From Acidimicrobiia bacterium (GTDB lineage Bacteria; Actinomycetota; Acidimicrobiia; IMCC26256; JAOSJL01): a stretch of DNA of 64,000 nt. The notes beneath the pieces were generated by a model that was not told where the DNA came from, did no database searches, and saw only the letters and a program-made list of their open reading frames with translations. Below are positions 30,547 to 40,203 of this stretch, piece after piece. The DNA is taken from contig JAOSJL010000001.1 of the NCBI GenBank assembly GCA_027494115.1, positions 767,926 through 831,925 on the forward strand. Reading direction: 5' to 3'. The translations under genes were made by a program, and so were the position numbers. Positions within the stretch are counted from its first letter, which is position 1. Every line of letters begins with the position of its first letter.

Positions 30547-31401
30547 TCAGGCGTCGATCGGGGCCGCGCCGTAGAGCCCGAGCGCTTCCGCCACGTCGTC
30601 GGCGAGGTGGTAGGTCTCCTCGGCGGAAGGGAACCGACCGGCACGGACATCGGCGGCGAAGGCTGCCACCGCGTCGGTGCCGTCCCGGCCGAGCTCGGCG
30701 TAGCGCCGCACGAACTTCGGCGTGATCCGGTCTTCGAGACCCAGGAGATCGTGTATCACGAGCACCTGGCCGTCGCAGTGCCGCCCGGCCCCGATACCGA
30801 TGGTCGGTACGTCGACCGCATCGGTGACGACCCGTGCCACGGCGTCGGGCACACACTCCAGCACGATCGCGAAAGCTCCGGCGTCTGCGAGCGCCACGGC
30901 GTCATCGACGATGCGCTGCGCGGCGTCGAGCTCTTTGCCCTGCACCTTGAAGCCTCCGAAGGCGTGGATGGACTGGGGCGTCAGCCCGAGATGACCCATG
31001 ACCGGGATTTCGAGATCGAGAATGGCCTCCACCGACTCGAGCCTCTTGGCACCGCCCTCGAGCTTCACCGCGCCGGCACCCGCGCGGACGAGCGCGGCGG
31101 CGTTGCGCACGGTCTCTTCACGCGACACGTGGTAGCTGAGCCAGGGCAGATCGCCGACGACGAGGGCGCCGGGCCGCGTGCGGGCGACGGCGGCCGTGTG
31201 GTGGACCATGTCGTCGATCGTGACCTGGAGGGTGTCGTCGTAACCCAGCACCACCATGGCCACGGAGTCGCCGACCAGGATCATGTCGACCCCGGCAGTA
31301 TCCGCGATGCGTGCGGTGGGCGCGTCATACGCAGTGACCATCACCAGGGGGGTGCCGTCCGCCTTGCGCGCGCTGATCGCGGGCGCTCCGATCGAAGCCA
31401 T
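30547..31401 (-). CDS. panB: 3-methyl-2-oxobutanoate hydroxymethyltransferase
   Basis: 284 aa. MVTAYDAPTARIADTAGVDMILVGDSVAMVVLGYDDTL and ...VKLEGG...GHLGLTPQS motifs. Confidence 0.92.
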   Translation of the reverse strand: MASIGAPAISARKADGTPLVMVTAYDAPTARIADTAGVDMILVGDSVAMVVLGYDDTLQVTIDDMVHHTAAVARTRPGALVVGDLPWLSYHVSREETVRNAAALVRAGAGAVKLEGGAKRLESVEAILDLEIPVMGHLGLTPQSIHAFGGFKVQGKELDAAQRIVDDAVALADAGAFAIVLECVPDAVARVVTDAVDVPTIGIGAGRHCDGQVLVIHDLLGLEDRITPKFVRRYAELGRDGTDAVAAFAADVRAGRFPSAEETYHLADDVAEALGLYGAAPIDA

Positions 31402-31511
31402 CGGATTCCTCCACCGTCCAGGGCTCGTGCGGCTCCCGGCGGCGATTCCCAGGTTACTTCGTCGGCCGGCGTGGGGCTCGGCCGGCGTGGGGGCTCAGCC
31501 GGGCGTGGGGC

Positions 31512-31874
31512 TCAGCCGGCGTGACGACGACCCATGAGGTGACGTTGCATCAGGTGGTTCCACGAACACCCGATGCAGACCTCCACGACGTAGCGGGCGA
31601 ACTCGTCGACCGAGTCACCCAGGCGTGCGAGCTCACGGTCATGGCTGATGCACGTGCCGTTGGCGCGTTTCAAGCCGTCGCCGTACACGTAGGAGACCAG
31701 GCGCAGCTGGTCGCTTCCACACACGGGGCAGTCGGAACCGGCGTGGGTCCCGATGTGGCGCGCGGCCCGGAGGAGCTCGGGATGGGCGTCGCACACCTCG
31801 TCGCGTCGGAGCTCGCCCCGGCGGAAGTCGCGGAGCACCACCCGCTTGGCCAGCGCGTAGTCCGTCGACGGCAC
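31512..31874 (-). CDS. Cys-rich small protein, DUF5318-like
   Basis: ...DYALAKRVVLRDFRRGELRRDEVCDAHPELLRAARHIG...DCPVCGSDQLRLVSYVYGD...VVEVCIGCSWNHLMQ. Four-Cys pattern as I recall for actinobacterial DUF5318. Start uncertain (GTG 31874 or 31901). Confidence 0.55.
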   Translation of the reverse strand: MPSTDYALAKRVVLRDFRRGELRRDEVCDAHPELLRAARHIGTHAGSDCPVCGSDQLRLVSYVYGDGLKRANGTCISHDRELARLGDSVDEFARYVVEVCIGCSWNHLMQRHLMGRRHAG

Positions 31875-31945
31875 GCCCGGCAGTGTACCGGCGCCGGACA
31901 CAGCGTCGCCCCGATGTGCCTCATCCCGCCGGGTACGGTGCGTCC

Positions 31946-33541
31946 ATGCGCAGTGTCGACGAACTGACCGGCGAGTATGTGGACATTCTCTGCGACACGT
32001 TCCCCGTGACCGCCACCGCGCTCGGACGACACGCACGCGATGGGGATCTCGGCGGATACGACCCGGTCGTGTTCGACGAATACGCCGGGGATGTGTCGGG
32101 GCTGCTCGCCGAGCTCGCAGCCTACGTCGATCCGACGATGGGAGGCGACGCCGACCCGGGCCACGACGTCGAGGCGAAGGCGCTGTACGGCGTCGCCCGC
32201 ACCGCGTTGCTCGAACTCGAGACCGAACAGCAGTGGAAGCGCAACCCGGCGGATGCCGTCGACACCGCACTCATGGGTTGTTTCAGCCTTCTCCTGCGCG
32301 AGTTCGCGCCGGTAGAGGATCGCCACGAATCGTTGCGGTCGCGACTGGCTGCCACGCCCGGATATCTGGCTGATGCACGCCGCACCTGGTCGGACGTGCC
32401 GACGCTCTGGGCGGAAACGGCGGCAGAGTCGGCGCGAGCCGGCGCGGAGTTCCTGCGCGACGAGCTGGGCGCGGCGCTCGGAGACTCCCCCGCGGCCTCA
32501 GCGGTGATGGACGCCGCCGGACCGGCCGCCAACGCGCTCGACGTCACCGCCGCTGCCCTCGACGACATGCCCACAGAGGACGGCGGCTGGGCGATCGGCG
32601 AGGGCCTCGTGGCTCAGCACCTGCGTTTCGAACACCACCTGGAGGACACGCCGGCCGAGATGGAGAAGCGCGGTCTCGCCCTCGTCGACGAAACGCTCGG
32701 TGCTCTCGAGGACCTCGACCCCGCCTGGCGCGCCACGCTCACGGCGACGAAGAACGACCACCCCGCCGCCGACCAACTCGTCGATGGCTACCGCTCAGAG
32801 ATGGAACGCTCGTACGCCTTCGTGGAGTCGGCCCGCCTGGCGCCACTCACCGATGCTCCCCTCGAAGTACGGCCGACACCGTCATTCTGGGTGCCGGTTC
32901 TCCCCTACGCGGCGTACGACCCACCGGGACCCTTCGAGACGGACCAACGCGGCATCTTCTGGGTCACGGTTCCCGAGGGCGACGACGCCGCCGAACGGCT
33001 TGCAGGTCACCCGCGGCCGGGGATGACGATCACGGCGGTCCACGAGGGCTACCCGGGTCACCATCTCCAACTGACCCACGCGAACCGCCACACGTCGCTG
33101 ACCCGCACCATCGCCGATTCGAGCCTCACGATCGAAGGTTGGGCCTTCTACTGCGAACAGATGCTTGCCGAGGTCGGCTACTACGGCGACGACCTCCCGC
33201 TGCGCCTCTACCAGCTCAAGGATCAGCTATGGCGTGCGGCCCGCGTCGTGCTCGACATGCGACTCCACACGGGGGAGATCGGTTTCGACGAGGCGGTGGA
33301 CTACCTCGTCGACATCGCCGATCTGGAGAGACCCAACGCCGAGGCGGAGGTCCGCCGCTACACCTCCACACCCACCTATCAGATCTGCTACGCCATCGGA
33401 AAAGCCGAAATCCTGGCGCTGCGCGAGGAACTCCGTCGTCGGGATCCCGGCGGTTTCGACCTCGGCGAGTTCCACCGGAGTCTGCTCGACTTCGGCTCCG
33501 TGGCAGTACCGTTGTCGGCCCACGAGATGCTGTCCGCCTGA
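31946..33541 (+). CDS. DUF885 family protein (putative metallopeptidase-like)
   Basis: ATG 31946. ...ITAVHEGYPGHHLQLTH... (HExxPGHH motif) and ...EVRRYTSTPTYQICYAIGK... are typical of DUF885. Confidence 0.78.
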   Translation: MRSVDELTGEYVDILCDTFPVTATALGRHARDGDLGGYDPVVFDEYAGDVSGLLAELAAYVDPTMGGDADPGHDVEAKALYGVARTALLELETEQQWKRNPADAVDTALMGCFSLLLREFAPVEDRHESLRSRLAATPGYLADARRTWSDVPTLWAETAAESARAGAEFLRDELGAALGDSPAASAVMDAAGPAANALDVTAAALDDMPTEDGGWAIGEGLVAQHLRFEHHLEDTPAEMEKRGLALVDETLGALEDLDPAWRATLTATKNDHPAADQLVDGYRSEMERSYAFVESARLAPLTDAPLEVRPTPSFWVPVLPYAAYDPPGPFETDQRGIFWVTVPEGDDAAERLAGHPRPGMTITAVHEGYPGHHLQLTHANRHTSLTRTIADSSLTIEGWAFYCEQMLAEVGYYGDDLPLRLYQLKDQLWRAARVVLDMRLHTGEIGFDEAVDYLVDIADLERPNAEAEVRRYTSTPTYQICYAIGKAEILALREELRRRDPGGFDLGEFHRSLLDFGSVAVPLSAHEMLSA

Positions 33542-33626
33542 TCGCCGGCACCGGACGCCGGCGACCTTCCTCGCCCTTCCTCGCCCTTCGCGCGCGAGCA
33601 CCCGCTGTATCCGGCACAATGGGCCC

Positions 33627-34349
33627 ATGTCCGACAACACGCAGAGCTGGGACCGGATCGCCGCCGCGTACAGGGCCGACGAGAAGTGGCCGTCCGACGT
33701 CGTGCACTACGGGCATTCGGTACCCGACGAGTCGGAGCTCCGGTTGCTGGGCGACGTCGACGGGAAGCGGGTGCTCGATCTCGGTTGTGGTTCGGGTGAA
33801 TCGGCCGTAGCCCTCGCACGGGCAGGGGCGTTCGTCACAGGTGTCGACGCGTCCTCCACGCTCCTCAATCACGCCCACACGCTCGCCGACCAGCAGGAGG
33901 TCCGGGTCGAATGGCATCACAGCGACGCCTCCGATCTGGCCTTCCTGCGTGCCGACTCGATCGACATGGCCCTCAGCGTCGGACTGCTGAATGAGATCGA
34001 CGATCTCGACCGGCTGCTCCGCCAGGTTCACCGCGTCCTACGACCAAGCGGCGCGTTGGTGTGTGCCTACACCCATCCGGTCGCGGTGTCTCTGGGTCTC
34101 GAAGGAGACGGCGGCAGCCCCGCCGGCGCGACTCCCGTGCTCCGGCGTCCCTACGGCGGAGGCACCCCGATCGTGGTCGAGCGCTTCGGCGCCCGCTTCG
34201 TGCTCCATCCGCGCAGCCTGGGCGACATGTTCTCGGCGTTCACCCGTGCGGGCTTCCATGTCGAGATGCTGCTCGAGGAGCCGAGCGGCAACACCGCTGA
34301 GTCTGTTCCCTCCACCGTCATCTGGCGCGCCCGGAAGGTGGGTGTCTGA
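33627..34349 (+). CDS. Class I SAM-dependent methyltransferase
   Basis: ATG 33627. Motif I VLDLGCGSGESAV, post-I VTGVDAS. The rest of raw ORF 33165..34349 is upstream non-coding read-through. Confidence 0.85.
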   Translation: MSDNTQSWDRIAAAYRADEKWPSDVVHYGHSVPDESELRLLGDVDGKRVLDLGCGSGESAVALARAGAFVTGVDASSTLLNHAHTLADQQEVRVEWHHSDASDLAFLRADSIDMALSVGLLNEIDDLDRLLRQVHRVLRPSGALVCAYTHPVAVSLGLEGDGGSPAGATPVLRRPYGGGTPIVVERFGARFVLHPRSLGDMFSAFTRAGFHVEMLLEEPSGNTAESVPSTVIWRARKVGV

Positions 34350-34382
34350 CACAGGTCGGAGGATCGCGACGGTCGGCGCTGA

Positions 34383-35786
34383 TCAGTCGTTCGCCGTGAT
34401 GCCCTTCTCACGGGCCCAGACATCGAGGCGGGCATAGGCCTCGGCTTCATCCATCGGGCCCTCGTCGAGGCGGATCTCGAGGAGATGGTCGAGAGCACGT
34501 CCGATGTCGCGGCCGGGTGGCAGGCCGAGGTGCTCCATGACCTGGCGGCCGTCGAGCGGCGGCTTGATCGCGTCGATCTCCTCCTGGGCGCGTAGTTCCG
34601 CGATCCGCTCCTCCAACTCGTCCATGCGCCGCGAGATCTTGAGGGCCTTGGCCTGGTTGCGCGTCGTGCAGTCACAGCGCACGAGGTGGTTCAGATCGTC
34701 GAGCAGCGGCCCGGCGTCGCGCACGTAGCGCCGCACCGCACGGTCGCTCCAGCCCATGCGGTAGGTGTGGAAGCGCAGATGGAGGTAGACGAGATCGACG
34801 ACCTCCTGGGTGAGCTCGTTGGGAAACTTGAGCGCGCGCATGCGCTCGGTCGCCATGCGCGCTCCCACCACCTCGTGATGGTGGAACGTCACTCCCTGAG
34901 GACCGAAGTCGCGTGTGCGGGGTTTACCGACGTCGTGGAGCAACGCCGCGAGTCGTACGCGCAACTCGGGCCTCGTGTTTGCGACCACGGCGATCGTGTG
35001 TGCCAGTACGTCCTTGTGGCGGTGGATCGGGTCCTGTTCGAGGCGCATGGTGTTGAGCTCCGGGAGGAACTCGTCGGACAGGCCGGTGCTCACGAGGAAC
35101 CAGAGCCCCGGGCTCGGATCGTCCACGACCAACAGCTTCGACAGCTCGTCGCGAATCCGCTCCGCGCTCACGATGCCGAGGCGGTCGCTCATCTCCTCGA
35201 CAGCGGCCACGAGATCATCATCGGGCTCGAGGCCGTAGCCGGCGATGAAGCGTGCCGCCCTCATCATGCGCAGGGGGTCGTCGGCAAACGAGATGTCGGG
35301 CGCCATCGGCGTGCGCAGACGCTTCGAGACCAGATCGACAGCCCCCTCGAACGGGTCGACCAACAGCGGGTCCGGGAGCCGCACCGCCATGGCGTTGACC
35401 GTGAAGTCGCGTCGGGACAGATCGGTCTCGATGTCGTCGGCGTAGGCGACCTCGGGCTTGCGGCTCTCGGGCCGGTACACCTCGGCGCGGAACGTGGTCA
35501 CCTCGAGGCGCACCCCTTCGCGCTCGCACCCCACGGTGCCGAAGCGCTGCCCCTGGAGCCACATCGACTCGGCCCAGTCTCCGAGCAGTTCGGCGACGGC
35601 GTCGGGGCGAGCGTCGGTGGCGAGGTCGACGTCGTCACTCGGGCGGTCGAGCAGCGCGTCGCGCACCGACCCTCCCACCACGAAGCACTGGTGGCCCGCC
35701 GCGCCGAGTAGCCGCGCCGCCTGCTGGGTGACGGAACTCTCCTCGAGGAGCGGTCGCAGACGTGGCGGGACGGCGGGCTCGGTCAT
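34383..35786 (-). CDS. CCA tRNA nucleotidyltransferase / poly(A) polymerase family protein with HD domain
   Basis: ATG 35786 (MTEPAVPPRLRPLLEE). FVVGGSVRDALLDRPSDDVDLAT nucleotidyltransferase motif, RRDFTVNAMA, and HD region LLHDVGKP. Confidence 0.85.
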   Translation of the reverse strand: MTEPAVPPRLRPLLEESSVTQQAARLLGAAGHQCFVVGGSVRDALLDRPSDDVDLATDARPDAVAELLGDWAESMWLQGQRFGTVGCEREGVRLEVTTFRAEVYRPESRKPEVAYADDIETDLSRRDFTVNAMAVRLPDPLLVDPFEGAVDLVSKRLRTPMAPDISFADDPLRMMRAARFIAGYGLEPDDDLVAAVEEMSDRLGIVSAERIRDELSKLLVVDDPSPGLWFLVSTGLSDEFLPELNTMRLEQDPIHRHKDVLAHTIAVVANTRPELRVRLAALLHDVGKPRTRDFGPQGVTFHHHEVVGARMATERMRALKFPNELTQEVVDLVYLHLRFHTYRMGWSDRAVRRYVRDAGPLLDDLNHLVRCDCTTRNQAKALKISRRMDELEERIAELRAQEEIDAIKPPLDGRQVMEHLGLPPGRDIGRALDHLLEIRLDEGPMDEAEAYARLDVWAREKGITAND

Positions 35787-35876
35787 CAGAGGATCATTGT
35801 CGCGGCCATGGGCTCCGGCCCGCGGATTCTGGGGTGCTTGCCGGGTACGCGGTGGTATCGTCGATCCGGAGGCTGC

Positions 35877-36371
35877 ATGGATCTCGAATCCCCCGAAACA
35901 TGGCGCTGGATCTGGCTGGTGGCCGCCTTCGTGTTCGCCGTCGGCGAGATCACGCTGATCGGTACCTTCTTCCTCCTCCCCTTCGGGATCGGTGCTCTCG
36001 CCGCGTGCGTCACGGCGTTCGCCGGCCACACCGTGCTCACGAGCTGGATCGTGTTCGTCGTCGTGTCCGTACTCTCCTTCGCCGTGTTGTTCCCCCTCGG
36101 CCGTCGTCTGGAGAAGGCCACCACCGACGCCAACGCCGGTGTGGGCGCTGATCGCTGGAGGGGGCGCCTCGCCGTCGTCCTCGAAGACATCCCGGGCGGG
36201 CCGAGCAACTCGGGGATGGCCCGCGTCGACCGTGAGGAGTGGCGTGCCGCCTCCGCCGACGACCGTCCGATCCCCGCAGGCACGACCGTACGCGTGCTCC
36301 AGGTCGACGGCACGCGCGTCATCGTCGAACCCGCCCCCGACGTTCCCGTGAACCCCGTTCCGCCCGAATAG
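35877..36371 (+). CDS. NfeD family membrane protein
   Basis: ATG 35877 after GGAGG. Two or three TM helices, then a C-terminal OB-like domain (GRLAVVLEDIP...GMARVDREEWRAASADDRPIPAGTTVRVLQVDGTRVIV). Immediately upstream of an SPFH gene. Confidence 0.8.
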   Translation: MDLESPETWRWIWLVAAFVFAVGEITLIGTFFLLPFGIGALAACVTAFAGHTVLTSWIVFVVVSVLSFAVLFPLGRRLEKATTDANAGVGADRWRGRLAVVLEDIPGGPSNSGMARVDREEWRAASADDRPIPAGTTVRVLQVDGTRVIVEPAPDVPVNPVPPE

Positions 36372-36394
36372 CGGGCTGACCCCGGAAGGACCCC

Positions 36395-37447
36395 ATGGCC
36401 GCCGTCATCGTTCTGGCAGTCGTCGCCCTGTTGCTGCTCATCGTGGCGGCGTCGGGTGTCAAGATCATCCGCCCGTACCAGAAGGGCCTGAAGGAGCGTC
36501 TCGGGCGCTACCACTCGACGATGGAGCCGGGCCTGCGGCTCATCATCCCGTTCGTCGACAAGCTCGTCACGATCGACATGCGCGAGCAGGTCGTCGACGT
36601 TCCTCCCCAGGAGGTCATCACCGAAGACAACGTCGTGGTGACGGTCGATGCGGTCATCTACTACGAGGCCACCGACCCCCGCCGCCTCGTCTACAACGTG
36701 GCCAACTTCCGGCTGGCGGTCACCAAGCTCGCCCAGACCAACCTCCGAAACGTCGTGGGCGACATGCAACTCGACGAAGCCCTCACGAGTCGCGACACGA
36801 TCAACACGCGTCTGCGCGAGATCCTCGACGACGCCACCGACAAGTGGGGCGTGCGCGTCGTGCGCGTCGAGATCCAGCGGATCGAGCCGCCACCCGACGT
36901 CGTCGCGGCGATGCACGACCAGATGAAGGCCGAGCGCCAGCGCCGTGCGGTGGTCACCGAGGCGCAGGGAACCCGAGAGGCGGCCATCACGAGAGCAGAG
37001 GGTGAGAAGCAGTCGAACATCCTCGAAGCCGAAGGACTCAAGCAGCGCCAGATCCTCGAAGCCGAAGGTGAGGCGGAGGCGATCGAACGGGTGGCCGACG
37101 CCGAGCGCTACCGCCGCCAGACCGTGGCCGAAGGTGAGGCCAATGCCGTGCGCAACGTCTACGGCGCCATCCACGAGGGCGACCCGACGCCCGACCTCGT
37201 GGCGATCAAGTACCTCGAAGCCCTCCAGGCCGTGGCCGACGGCCGCGCCACGAAGATCTTCCTGCCCACCGAGATGCAGGGACTCTTCGGCACCGTCGGA
37301 GGCCTCGCCGAGTTGCTGACCGGCCGCGGCGACTCCGGCGCAGACGGCATCGACGACGAACCGCGCGCACCCGCCGGCCCGAGCGCGGCCGTGCCGCCAC
37401 CTCCCCCTGGCGTCCCCGGAGGCCCGCGGTCGGAGGTAGTCACTTGA
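36395..37447 (+). CDS. SPFH/Band 7 (stomatin-like) protein
   Basis: 350 aa. N-terminal TM, then IIRPYQKGLKERLGRYHSTMEPGLRLIIPFVDK...ITEDNVVVTVDAVIYY... and a coiled-coil EAEGEAEAI region. Confidence 0.9.
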   Translation: MAAVIVLAVVALLLLIVAASGVKIIRPYQKGLKERLGRYHSTMEPGLRLIIPFVDKLVTIDMREQVVDVPPQEVITEDNVVVTVDAVIYYEATDPRRLVYNVANFRLAVTKLAQTNLRNVVGDMQLDEALTSRDTINTRLREILDDATDKWGVRVVRVEIQRIEPPPDVVAAMHDQMKAERQRRAVVTEAQGTREAAITRAEGEKQSNILEAEGLKQRQILEAEGEAEAIERVADAERYRRQTVAEGEANAVRNVYGAIHEGDPTPDLVAIKYLEALQAVADGRATKIFLPTEMQGLFGTVGGLAELLTGRGDSGADGIDDEPRAPAGPSAAVPPPPPGVPGGPRSEVVT

Positions 37448-37581
37448 TGCGTCCGTGGAGCGCGCTACTCGGCTGATCTCGTCGGGAAGCAGCCCGATCC
37501 AGCGCTTATCCTTCCCCTTCACCCTATGACAGCCACCCGTCGCACTGAACTGCATCGTCGCGTCATGCCGGTCGCCAGCGC

Positions 37582-38028
37582 GTGAGCTCGTCGAAACCGA
37601 TCATCGGCTGGCGCGAGTGGGTCCGGCTCGTCGACCTCGGCGGTGCACTCGTAAAGACGAAGGTCGACACGGGTGCGCGCACGTCCGCCCTTCACGCGTT
37701 CGCCCTGGAGGAGTTCGAGCGCGACGGCATTCCTCTCGCGCGCTTCGAGGTCCACCCGGTACAGCGCCGGTCGACGCCGAGCATCGCTGCCGAGATCCCG
37801 ATCACGGAGTGGCGCGAGATCCGCAACTCGGGTGGCAAGGTGGAGCGCAGACCAGTCGTGACGACGACGATTCAACTGGGTGAGAGCAGGTTTCCGATCG
37901 ACATCACCCTGACCCGACGCGACGAGATGGGGTTTCGCATGTTGTTGGGACGGCACGCCGTCCGCCGCCGCTTTCTCGTCGATCCCGGGCGATCGTTCCG
38001 GATGGGCAAGCCGGAGGGAGCGTCGTGA
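37582..38028 (+). CDS. Retropepsin-like aspartic protease (RimK-associated 'ATP-dependent zinc protease' family)
   Basis: 148 aa. [32 protein letters not shown] carries the D-T-G-A aspartyl-protease signature. 4-nt overlap with rimK. Confidence 0.72.
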   Translation: MSSSKPIIGWREWVRLVDLGGALVKTKVDTGARTSALHAFALEEFERDGIPLARFEVHPVQRRSTPSIAAEIPITEWREIRNSGGKVERRPVVTTTIQLGESRFPIDITLTRRDEMGFRMLLGRHAVRRRFLVDPGRSFRMGKPEGAS

Positions 38029-38927
38029 AGATCCTCATTCTCTCCCGGAACCACAGGCTCTACTCGACACGCCGACTGGTGGAGGCGGGCGAGGAACACG
38101 GCCACGAGCTGCGGGTCGTCGACTACCTGCGCCTGTACATGAACATCACGTCACACAAGCCGGCGGTCATCTTCCGTGGTGAGCACCTCGAGCTCTACGA
38201 CGCCGTCATCCCGCGCATCGGCGCGCCGCACACTTTCTACGGCGCCGCTGTCGTCAGACAGTTCGAGATGACGGGGACACGCCCGGTCAACGAGTCGCAG
38301 GCCATCACCCGCAGCCGCGACAAACTCCGTTCACTCCAGCTCCTCGCCAGGGCCGGCGTGGGGCTCCCTGTCACGGGTTTCGCCAACTTCACCCACGACA
38401 TCGACGGCCTCATCGACGCTGTGGGAGGGACACCGGTGGTCATCAAGCTGCTGGAGGGAACCCAGGGCATGGGTGTCGTGCTGGCCGAGACGCGAAAGTC
38501 CGCCAAGGCCGTCATCGAGGCGTTCCGGCAGCTCGACGCCAACATCCTCATCCAGGAGTATGTCGAGGAGGCCGGCGGAAGCGACATCCGGGCCTTCGTG
38601 GTCGGACGGCGCGTGGTCGCCGCGATGCAACGGACCGCGCCCGAAGGCGAGTTCCGCTCGAACATCCACCGCGGAGGAAGCGTCGAGAAGGTGAAGCTCA
38701 CACCCGAGGAACGAAGCACAGCCGTACGTTCGGCGCGCACGATGGGCCTCAACGTCGCCGGCGTGGACCTGATGCGTTCGAACCACGGCCCCGTCGTACT
38801 CGAGGTGAACTCCTCGCCGGGTCTCGAGGGCGTGGAAAGCGTCACGGGAGTCGACGTGGCGGGGAAGATCATCGAGTTCATCGAACGCCAGGCGAAGCCG
38901 CCGTCCAAGAAGGGGCCGCCTGAATGA
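38025..38927 (+). CDS. rimK: RimK-type ATP-grasp alpha-L-glutamate ligase
   Basis: 300 aa. [22 protein letters not shown]..., [62 protein letters not shown]. Confidence 0.9.
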   Translation: MKILILSRNHRLYSTRRLVEAGEEHGHELRVVDYLRLYMNITSHKPAVIFRGEHLELYDAVIPRIGAPHTFYGAAVVRQFEMTGTRPVNESQAITRSRDKLRSLQLLARAGVGLPVTGFANFTHDIDGLIDAVGGTPVVIKLLEGTQGMGVVLAETRKSAKAVIEAFRQLDANILIQEYVEEAGGSDIRAFVVGRRVVAAMQRTAPEGEFRSNIHRGGSVEKVKLTPEERSTAVRSARTMGLNVAGVDLMRSNHGPVVLEVNSSPGLEGVESVTGVDVAGKIIEFIERQAKPPSKKGPPE

Positions 38928-39904
38928 CCGGCTCCGAGGACGGCGCGGTATCCGCCCTGAGCTTCGGCGGGACCGAGGCACCCCTGGGACGACGCACCGA
39001 CGTCGAGCTTCCCGTCGCCCGGCTTCCCACAGGAACGTGGATGTCGCTTCCCCTCGCGGTGATCGCCGGATCCACACCGGGTCCCACCGTGTGGATCAGT
39101 GCGGCCATTCACGGCGACGAGATCAACGGCGTCGAGATCTGTCGACGTGTTCTCGAGGCTGTCGATCCGTCCTCAATGACGGGGACCCTCATCGCCGTTC
39201 CCGTGGTGAACGTCTTCGGATTCGTCGAAGGCAACCGCTACCTCCCGGACCGACGCGACCTCAACCGCTCGTTTCCCGGCTCGCGTCGTGGATCGCTCGC
39301 GTCGCAACTCGCGCATCTCCTGCTCACCGAGGTCGTCGACCGGTGCGAGCTGGGCATCGACCTCCACACCGGGTCGAACCACCGCTCGAACCTCCCTCAG
39401 ATCCGAGCGAACCTCGACGACGACCGGACACGTGAGCTCGCTGCACGATTCGGTGCACCGTTCGTTCTCCATGCCCAGACCCGCGATGGGTCGTTACGAG
39501 CGGCCGCCACGAAGCGCGGCGTTCGTGTTCTGCTCTACGAAGCTGGGGAGGCGGAGCGTTTCGACGACGACGCGATCGTCGTGGGAGCCCGCGGCGTGCT
39601 TTCGGTACTCGACGAGGTCGGACTGACGCAGGGCCTCGGCTCATCGGCTGGAAGAGTCATCGAAGCACGGCGCAGTCGGTGGCTCCGCTCACCACGCGGA
39701 GGGATTCTGCGATTGGGAGTCGACCTCGGACAAACCGTCGAACGCCACCAGACGATCGGCATCGTCAGCGACGCACTCGGAGTCGGGGAGTCGGTGATGC
39801 GCTCCCCCGTGCCGGGTCTGGTGATCAGTGCGATCCGCCACCCGCTCGTCGGCCGCGGCGACGCCGTCGTCCATGTCGCCGAGGATCCGCAAGCTCTTCG
39901 CTGA
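38924..39904 (+). CDS. Succinylglutamate desuccinylase/aspartoacylase (AstE/AspA, M14-like) family protein
   Basis: 326 aa. [14 protein letters not shown] (HxxE zinc motif), [14 protein letters not shown]. 4-nt overlap with rimK. Confidence 0.8.
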   Translation: MTGSEDGAVSALSFGGTEAPLGRRTDVELPVARLPTGTWMSLPLAVIAGSTPGPTVWISAAIHGDEINGVEICRRVLEAVDPSSMTGTLIAVPVVNVFGFVEGNRYLPDRRDLNRSFPGSRRGSLASQLAHLLLTEVVDRCELGIDLHTGSNHRSNLPQIRANLDDDRTRELAARFGAPFVLHAQTRDGSLRAAATKRGVRVLLYEAGEAERFDDDAIVVGARGVLSVLDEVGLTQGLGSSAGRVIEARRSRWLRSPRGGILRLGVDLGQTVERHQTIGIVSDALGVGESVMRSPVPGLVISAIRHPLVGRGDAVVHVAEDPQALR

Positions 39905-40203
39905 ACACTCCCGCCTCGGCATCCGAGTCAGAGGCCGGGACAGTGCCCGACCTCAAGTGGAACTGCGGGTCGCCCGCACGTCTTCTACTGGGACGTCCCG
40001 GGCAAGAACCTGCGCCACGGCTGGTTCGGCTGAGGAGGTCGTTCCTCCGGGAGCGGCTCGGTCTGTCGATCTTTTGGTCTTTTCTGGAACCTTTCGTGTG
40101 AGGTAGCCGTCCTATCCCCAAAGAACCTGAATCCGGACGGATCGCGCCGCCCCGCGTCTTCGCTCCGGACGAGCTCCACGCCCTGTGGAGAAAGGGAGGG
40201 ACG

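Noticed and set aside
30533-30856. Long N-terminal extensions offered by the ORF track: 30050..30856, 21142..22536, 33165..34349, 19031..19912, 34383..36029, 41608..42918, 42797..43984 and 16819..18927.
   Set aside because: The extensions overlap neighbouring genes or divergent promoters, are low-complexity, and precede better-supported internal starts with SD-like sequences and family-typical N-termini.
39905-40203. The 300-nt spacer upstream of the propeller gene, examined as a possible riboswitch or sRNA. It contains small hairpins GGAGG-tcgtt-CCTCC and CCGTCC...GGACGG and T-rich tracts.
   Set aside because: I could not match it to any riboswitch architecture I know, and the stems are short. 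It is left unannotated rather than called.
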